64,000 nt of DNA from Raillietiella orientalis (taxonomy: Eukaryota), in NCBI GenBank assembly GCA_036172245.1, contig JAYWIR010000096.1:62001-126000 (forward strand), in the 5' to 3' direction. Shown here in pieces: positions 56,471 to 64,000 of this stretch. The notes under the pieces were generated by a model. It was not told the origin of the DNA, ran no database searches, and worked only from the letters and a program-made list of their open reading frames with translations. The first letter of the stretch is position 1, and each line of letters begins with the position of its first letter. The position numbers and the translations under genes were made by a program.

Positions 56471-59462
56471 CGGGGATTCGGCAAAGGGCTGAGAAACGAA
56501 CGGGCATACCATCACGCCCGTCTTTATTATAGGACTCTCGGCGTTCGACGCCTAGCAAAGTATAAAGGTGGGGTTGAGCGACAGACCTCGCAATCCGTGT
56601 CGGCCAGCTTCCTGGACGCCCGAAGCCAAGAATGCTTGCTCCGTCAAAAATAAACCGCATCCTGCGGGAATATTACTTCTCCTTCTACGCGCGTAGAACA
56701 ACAGAGCGCGCCGTGGCGCAGCGCTTGCTGCCTGAAAGCGCCCTTGCGCAACAGGAGGGGCAGACACATCAAATCGAGGAGCCTTTCTCGATGGCGGAGA
56801 TCATCTCCGCCATCGGAAAGCTCAGAAAGAGGAAAGCCCCAGGGAAAGACGCTCTGCCCGCGGAGTTCTACCAAGGCTTCGTGGCGGTGCTGGCCAGCCA
56901 AGTGCATTGGCTTTGCATGCTGATCCGAGAACAAGGGGACGTCTCCAAAACGTTCCATTGAGCTAGTGTACGTCGCCTGCCGAAAGGAGGAGAAAATCGC
57001 AACGTAGGCAACTCGCCTCTCATCACAGTAGAGAATGCGGATGCGAAGTTGCTTGCCAAGCTTCGGGCTGAGCGACTGGGACAAGTGGCGGAATCCGTGG
57101 TGAGTCCGGAGCAGACATACGCTGTTCCCGGACGAAGCATGGAGGCCAACATGTTCCTTGCCAGTACATGGTGGCAGTTGCAACAAACCGAAAACCAGAA
57201 AGGTCAAGGGAATCCTGGATTCTCCTCTGAACAGTCAGAGGACGCCCTTCATGGAAGAGCCGCGCCCGGTGCCCCAGCGGTTGCAGTCGATCTGCGTAAA
57301 GGGTTCGATTGCGTCGATCAGGAACTCCTTCTGGAGTTCGTGGAACGGTTGGGATTCCCGGCTGTCTTTCGGGCTTACCTGCGCTCCTGTTGGCGCTTCG
57401 ATGTAATAAACATCTCTTTTAGCGGCCGTCACGTATACGGCATGCCTGTTCGGCGTGGCATAATCCAGAATGACAGTCTGAGCCCCTTGCTCATAAGCAT
57501 CTACTTCGAGCTGGTGCTGATGGCATACAAAGAGACTCTGGCAACCCTGCCAAGCTCGTGTCTCGGCACCCTTGCCCTTTCGGCTTACGCCGACGACCTT
57601 CTTCTCCCTCATTCCGGGTCCATGCCGACGTCGGCGCTTCAAGATTTCTTTGAGTTGCTACGCGGCGGGGCGGGCCTCTAGGTGAACGGGTAGAAATCTT
57701 CCATCGCTCCAACATGATTACTACTTTTAAACAAGATGGTGTGGGCCGGACGGCCGGACTGGATCCGCTTGGGGATCCCCACGGGCAGGTGCTTCAAGTA
57801 CCTTGGCGTTCCGTTTGGGGACTTCTGCGTTGCAGAAGGCTGGTCCGACCATCTCAAAAAGGTGGAGTTGGCGATTGGCCCATTCCAGAACGGCAAGTTT
57901 CACTTGCAGGAGCGGGACGCGGTGTGGAACGCGTTCGTGGCCCCCCTTCTTTGTTCCTTACTTTTGGTTTGCCACGCCCCTCCCATCATACAGAGACGGA
58001 CAAAACCCCTCTTGAGGACTGTTCTTTGGGGCACAGCGAGGTGGACAGTCCGATTGAAAGACTTGTGCGCTCCAGCGCGGGATGGTGACTTAGGCCTCCT
58101 TACGTTGGAGCGCATCAACTACAGACAACACTTCGGAAGTTAGCGCTTTCGGCTAGCTTATAAATGACGCCATGGTGCGAACCGGCACGGCTTGTCGCCA
58201 GAAGAGCGACTGGCTGCGAAGGATTGTCCTCGATCCTCGTGACCTACCAGCGTAGCCTCTCCAACTGTGGCCCCCATTTGCGCAAGATGGTAGCACTGAT
58301 GAGATAGAATACCTGGATTTCCTGCCTTCCCGCGCACTGCACTGCCTGGCTTCAGGTGTCAGACTCCTCGTGGGCTAAGATGGAGGGCACGAGCAAGGCG
58401 GAAAAGTACTGCCTACGACGAGGAACGTACGCTCGAAAGCCGCTGCAGGAGTTTATCAACACGCCTCGGAAGTTTCTGTGGGCTTCCTTTAGCTCCGTTG
58501 CCGCCGTTTTGTCCTTCCTGAAGAACACTAGGAGCAGCAACGAGCGGGCATCTTGGGATGTGTTCTGCCTCATCCGAGGCAGGAAAAAACCTTTAAAGGC
58601 GAGGACAACTTGGGAGCTAACGGACGCTGCCACTACGAGCGGCTCGCCTCACAGACTTGCGCGCTAGGGGGAGCTGCTCGCAATACCTCCGGAGGAGGTG
58701 AAGTGGCCCCTAACTTGTGGGGTTTGCGGCACACTTCCGTTGGAGTGGCAGGAGACGGCGTTGCTATTTCTGCACTGAAGACTGTTAAGAAGAGCACGCC
58801 TTTCTCACTGGACACTGGGGAATGTGGATGCCCGCTGTGTCAAGGGCGGAGAAAGAGAAACCTTCCCGCATCTCACTCTCAAGTGTGTCGCCCTGGATAG
58901 AATCTAGAGTCGAATCGCCCCAATCGTCCATCTTCCAGTAGGCGACCCTAAGGAAATTAACCGGCGCCTCTTTCTGCGTGACGGCCTGCGCCCTGCCGCG
59001 TCTCCAGCAGTCCGCTGCTACGTGCGCGGCATTGTGGAAAGGTGGCACGCCACAAGAAAAGGCCCAAGATGCAGGGACGCCATCCACTGAACGACGATCT
59101 CTTTAGAGAGGGCGACAAGGTGGCGTCTTCCTCCAACAGTAAAACCAGAAATTGACTGCACCGTAAACTGGATGCTGGGGACCAACCCAGGCGCACAGTG
59201 TTTTCCTACCTGCCCCCCTCCCACTCCCCCATATAACTGTTTTCCTCCCCGTTATTTTTTTTGTAGTTTCTTCTTGTTCTAGTTTTCCCTTCCCATGCGC
59301 CTCGGGAATGGACCTAACCGGTCTATTCACCGGCAACCGACACGTCAACCAAGGTAAGAAAACCCAGTGTTCCCCCACAGAAAACATTTTTTAAAGACTT
59401 AATTATCTAAATTTTTTTAAAAATTGGAATAATAAATGCCCCGCTATATCCGGGTGACAAAC
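56471..59462 (+). mobile_element. Degenerate family-V LINE ('S'): ORF2 from GFG onward plus 3' UTR
   Basis: GFGKGLRNERAY, PEQTYAVPGRSM, YADD, KYLG; ends aataaatgccccgctatatccgggtgacaaac. Confidence 0.88.
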
Positions 59463-59494
59463 AATAAAAGCCTTAGGCGTACCCGGGTGTAAAC
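59463..59494 (+). mobile_element. Isolated 32-bp U-type 3' terminus
   Basis: aataaaagccttaggcgtacccgggtgtaaac resembles 44051-44082 and has the same downstream flank. Confidence 0.75.
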
Positions 59495-60039
59495 CTTTAA
59501 GGCTGGCAAGAAGGCCGTAAGGCGTCCGGCCTCCCCTCAGGAGTCCCCCACTTCCGACCCCAAGGTGGAGGCCGGAAGCGCAGCCTCCGTTTCCACGGCA
59601 CCACGCAAGAAGGCTGGACGTAATTCCACAAAGCCAAGGAAGCTCGTCTCCCTCATCGAAGAGTCAGATATGGCTTCCGCAAGCGAGGATGCCATGAGCG
59701 TGGGAAACTCTCGGGACCCGTCGCCCGAGGGACTCCCACACACGGACACGGAGGGGATGGAGGGGGTGGAATCCGTACAGGTGCCTCAGGTTCCTAAGAA
59801 GGCCGAAACCCCCATGGACATCCCGCCCGCCTCGCAAAAGGAGGGCTCCCCCACACCTTATTCTTCCCAGCAGTAATGCCGGGAATCTCCTCCCGCCGTC
59901 GTCTGCGCATCGCCGTTTGGAACGCCAACGCCATGACAGACGCCGGCAAACGACGAGACATGGCCGCCTTTCTGGAGTCCTACGACCTTGCGCTGCTGCA
60001 GGAGATCCATGTAATTTGTGCAGAACAAGCGCAAGAGAT
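59495..60039 (+). mobile_element. LINE fragment: ORF1 C-terminus, TAATG junction (59874) and EN start, cut at AQEI
   Basis: MPGISSRRRLRIAVWNAN...LLQEIHVICAEQAQEI. Confidence 0.85.
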
Positions 60040-63000
60040 TTCTCACCCGGTCATGCCGGGGCGTTTATTCCATAGAACATAACCAAAAAAAGCCATTATA
60101 CAAAACAAACCATTTGGGAACCAAACTCGCAACCGACGACTGAACAAGAATGAAGAGAATATTGATGGCACGCAGGCCAGAGTAACAGTTTTGCGAATGG
60201 TGAGGGCAGGGCTAGGAACACAAAGTAACCAAAATACAATAAAAACAATGAATAAGGAGGACGGGATAAGGCTCTTTGGGATCGCTCTGGAATACACGGG
60301 GATAGAAGCATGGGCACCGGAAATTTTACCGAGCGAACAGAGACAGGGTATGGGTGGGAGAGAGGTCGCAGGGGTCACCGGATTACGCCGTTCTGAAAGG
60401 TGTGTAAACCGGCGCTCTATGCCGGTGATGTCCCCATTCACCTTGTCACGAAGATGAGACCATCTTGAAACCTTCTCCATAAATTGAGCTGCAAGCAGGT
60501 GGGCCTCTTTTTGCTGCGCTGACAACTGCAGCGCGTAGCGGGCCTTCACGATGGCGCGAACGCAACACATGGTTGCGACAATCGCGCCAACCGAAAGTCC
60601 ATTTCTGCTGAAGAAGCGCCGCAGCACATCAATGGCAGTGCCTCCTTGTGGCATGATGGCCGAAGTGAGCCTTCGCCACAGTTCCCGGAGGTCACCGCAG
60701 TCCAGCAAAAGGTGCGGAAAAGACTCGATCTCTCCGCACCTTAAACAGCTTGGCAAAGCAGCTCCCCCGGAAACGATATTTCGCTGCCTATTACAGTGTA
60801 ATGCACAATGTAAAAAGAGCAGCACATCTTGTTTCCACTTAAGGGGGAACACGGAGCTGTCCAAACAAACGGGGGGAACCACTATCTTTCCGGGGGGCAC
60901 ACTTAAATGTTCGGTCCACAAAGCAGGCCCTTCGACCGATTCCGAAGTGTGGCGGCTTGCACCAGCTCCTTTGTCGTCCAGCTGCCGAGGAGCTTACTGA
61001 CTCCCGCTATTTTGCAGGAGAACTCCCATTCCGCCTGTAGGCAACCGTCGTTGCTTGCCCTGAGGGCAGACAGCTCGGCGACAAGTGGTGTGGCGGCCAG
61101 ACGATCCGACAACTCCTTGTCCTGCATGACTTCGTCCATTTGATGACTGAGGAGAAGTCGTAGGCGTCGAAGATCTTCGGATCGCGTTCCTTCGGAAGCT
61201 ACCCACGATAAAAAAGATTCCTGTCGCCATGCAGTATTGTTCATTAAGGTGGCAGGAGATCCAGCTTTGGGCTTCCAGCAGTGAGGACAGCTGCCTCAGC
61301 GGGTAGCCAAACCCTATTCCGGTGTGCCGAAAGTGGGGTAGCAACGAAAGCAGTCCCTCGCTTCCCGTGCAGCGCCTCATTATGAGGCATGCGGGTAAGC
61401 ACCACGGCGTAAACCACAGCTTGGAACAGAGCCGCAGCATGCGAAACTGCACCTGCAGTTCGATGCTGTTTAAGTCGAGGATGCCCAAGCCTGCATCCTG
61501 ACGCGGCGCCACCAAGTCTTTAAGTCTAACACGGGATCTTGCAGCGCCCCACAACGCTTAGCGATGAAGGCGCTGCGCCCAGACTTTGACTTCTTGGGGG
61601 GATGGACAAACAAACAACGGGGGGCGGAGGAGGGGGACAACGAAGGTGTTTTAGATGCAAGCCCGTTCCAGGAAGACGAACTCGCCTCCTGAAAACGGGC
61701 CAAGTGCACGCTCTGCCTTCCGAAGGCAGTCCGACCACGCTTCTGAGATGCAGAAGTCGCTTAACGGCACGCCAAGGTACCTAAGGTACCTGCCCGTGGG
61801 GATCCCCAGATCGATCCAGTCGGACTGCGCCTCCCACGTCACATTCACCGAAACAACCATTCACTTACTACTGTTAACGCTTACCCCCGCACCGCGACGA
61901 ATCAACTCAAAGAAATCTTCAAGCGATGTCGCCGGGGTAAACATGGGCAACAGAAGTAGGAGGTCGTCGGCATAGGCTGCCACGAACGGCGTACCTGGAC
62001 AGGAGCTCGGGAGGTAAGATAGCAACTGCCTGTAAGCCTCCAGCACCAATTCAAAATAGATGCTGAAGAGCAACGGGCTTAAGCTATCACCCAGCCTAAA
62101 TCCTTGAAGTAACGGCACGCCATACACGCGACAGCCACTGAAAACAATGGATGTAATCGCGTTGCGCCAGCAGGAGCGTAAGTACGCCTAAAGGGATACC
62201 GTAAGACCCAGACGTTCCAAAAGCTCAAGAAGAAGCTTTTGGTTCACGCTATCGAAAGCTTTGTGCAGATCGACTGCAACCGCCAAGGCTCCCGGTGTCT
62301 CCCTTTGCGTCCCGCGCCTCCGTCGGTGAGAGATCGAAGGCGTCGCTTCCGCACGACGATCCACCGTCACACGATGCTGCAATTGCAGCCATGTGCGGAT
62401 GAACAAGAGATTCGCGTCCATGGACCGCCCAGGAACAGCGTACGTCTGCTCCGGACTTACCAAGGATTCCGCGATCCTACCCATCCGCGCCACCCAAAGT
62501 TTCGAGAACAACTTGACGTCCGAATCCACTAATGTGATCGGACGCCAGTTGTGCAATTGGCGCAAATCACCGCCTTTCGGCAGTAGACGCACCGCCGCTG
62601 AGCGAAACGAGGCGGGGATATCGCCCCAGTCTCGCATCAGCGACGAGAGTTGAAGCACCAGGGGGATGAGTTCCGCCGGAAAACACTGAAAGAATTCTGC
62701 GGGGAGCGTATCTTCGCCTGGCGCTTTTCGTCTCTTGAGCCCCGAGATGGCCGAGGAAATTTCCTCTGCCGTGAAGGGCTCACCAAGACGCGCGCGTTCC
62801 TCCTCGTCTACAACAGGTGCATCAATCGGCACAAGAAGCCGGGAGAGGCTGCTTTCCGTCAGTGCCTCTGCATACAGACAAGAGTAATAGCACGTGACTC
62901 TCCGTCGCACGTCGGCTGGAGACGAGCATTCCCGGTTCTGGTCGTCAAGTGGAACTGTCGCCCTTGACTGCCAGACCTGGCGCTTGGACTTGGACTTGTA

Positions 63001-64000
63001 CTCCAATAATCGACCAACGTCCGCGCGCCTGCAGAAAATCTCTGCTGTTCGCTACGCTCTTTCCGAAGTCACGCGGTAGCTGGTGCGAGGGGAACCGGCA
63101 GCAGAACTCGCGGACCGATCTTTTTAGATCGTCCCAGTCCTCGAGCTCACTTGAGGCAAAGCCGAGGAGGTACTGGCTAAGATACTCAGCCGCCTCCGGG
63201 TGGCTTAGCCAGTCTGCCGTCATCCTCCAAAAACAGTTTGGAGGCCCCTTGCCTGGCGGGAGCAACTCGAACTCGAGCCTGTTGTGGTCTGAAAGCACGG
63301 ACAGCACGGGACCTCACCGACCCACTCGAGAGAGCAAGTGTTCGTCAAGGTACATTTGGTCCGGCGTTGCTGCCATAACAGGTAATCGAGAGAACAAGTT
63401 ACACGCGTGCACGGACTCGCACATCTCTTCCGCTAGCAACTTTTTCCTTCTGTGGGATCTATTCTTGGAAAGCAGCAGAACGTTAAAGTCTCCCGCAATG
63501 AGATGGGCCACAGTAGGGTAAAAAAGAGTGAGCCTCTGGCTTTGAAAGGTACCGTAGAACTCAATTCTTTCGGCCCATCGTCCAGCACCGCTCGGCGCGT
63601 ACACGTTGGTTACGACAAGGTCGATTGAGTCGGACCACTTAAGTACAAGCTGTCCCACTTGGCCTTCCGTGTCGATACGGACGCTGCGCACCGCTTTCAC
63701 CAAAGTTCCTCGCACGAGGAAAGCAACGCCGCACGTACGTGCAGCGCCACACCTATAAAGTAGCGTTCCGCCCGCGCGCCGTTCGATTTCGGCAGCCTGC
63801 TCTCCGGAGATCCTGTGAATCTCCTGCAGGAGCGTCAAGTCGAAGGCGTGCAGAGTGTCAGCCACTAGTCGCCTCTTCTCCTCGTGTTGGAGCCTGTTGA
63901 CGTTCCAAGACGTTACGGCAACACGACGAGAAGACGCGATTGCCCTCATCACGGCTAGGAAAGCGAGGCCTTGGTGCTCGCCTCACCCGGCGAGCTGGCA
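60040..64000 (-). mobile_element. Family-X copy X4 (degenerate ORF2 from 63949, 3' UTR); continues beyond the window
   Basis: Reverse complement of the X1/X2 ORF2 and 3' UTR; AATAAA at 60064-60069. Confidence 0.92.

Noticed and set aside
1..64000. Telomeric retrotransposon array, or rDNA/tRNA/snRNA-targeted elements
   Set aside because: I saw no telomeric repeats or RNA-gene sequence at any junction, and orientation is mixed rather than unidirectional.

Overview
This is eukaryotic, GC-rich DNA made entirely of non-LTR retrotransposons of the L1/Tx1 type: ORF1 with CCHC zinc knuckles, and ORF2 with APE endonuclease (EN), reverse transcriptase (RT) and a C-terminal CCHC. I count about 22 abutting segments from several related families, which I label arbitrarily X, Y, Z, W, V, U and T. 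I see no host gene and no spacer DNA. Most copies are degenerate; one X copy (7489-19055) has an intact ORF2, and its ORF1 is intact apart from a nested full-length Y element. The main observation is that nesting is not random. Each family sits at its own fixed site inside the coding sequence of other LINEs, almost always antisense: X at the EN 'AQEI' codons, Z-type at the post-EN 'GFG' codons, W at the EN 'GGRL' codons, and Y at a palindrome in ORF1. Head-to-tail copies are separated only by an 11-15 bp remnant of that target. The families also share a 5' RGACGTG motif, a covarying 3'-UTR hairpin with a CUGCGU loop, and an AATAAA plus terminal hairpin with no poly(A) tail. Boundaries were read by eye and are approximate; the organism cannot be identified from the sequence.
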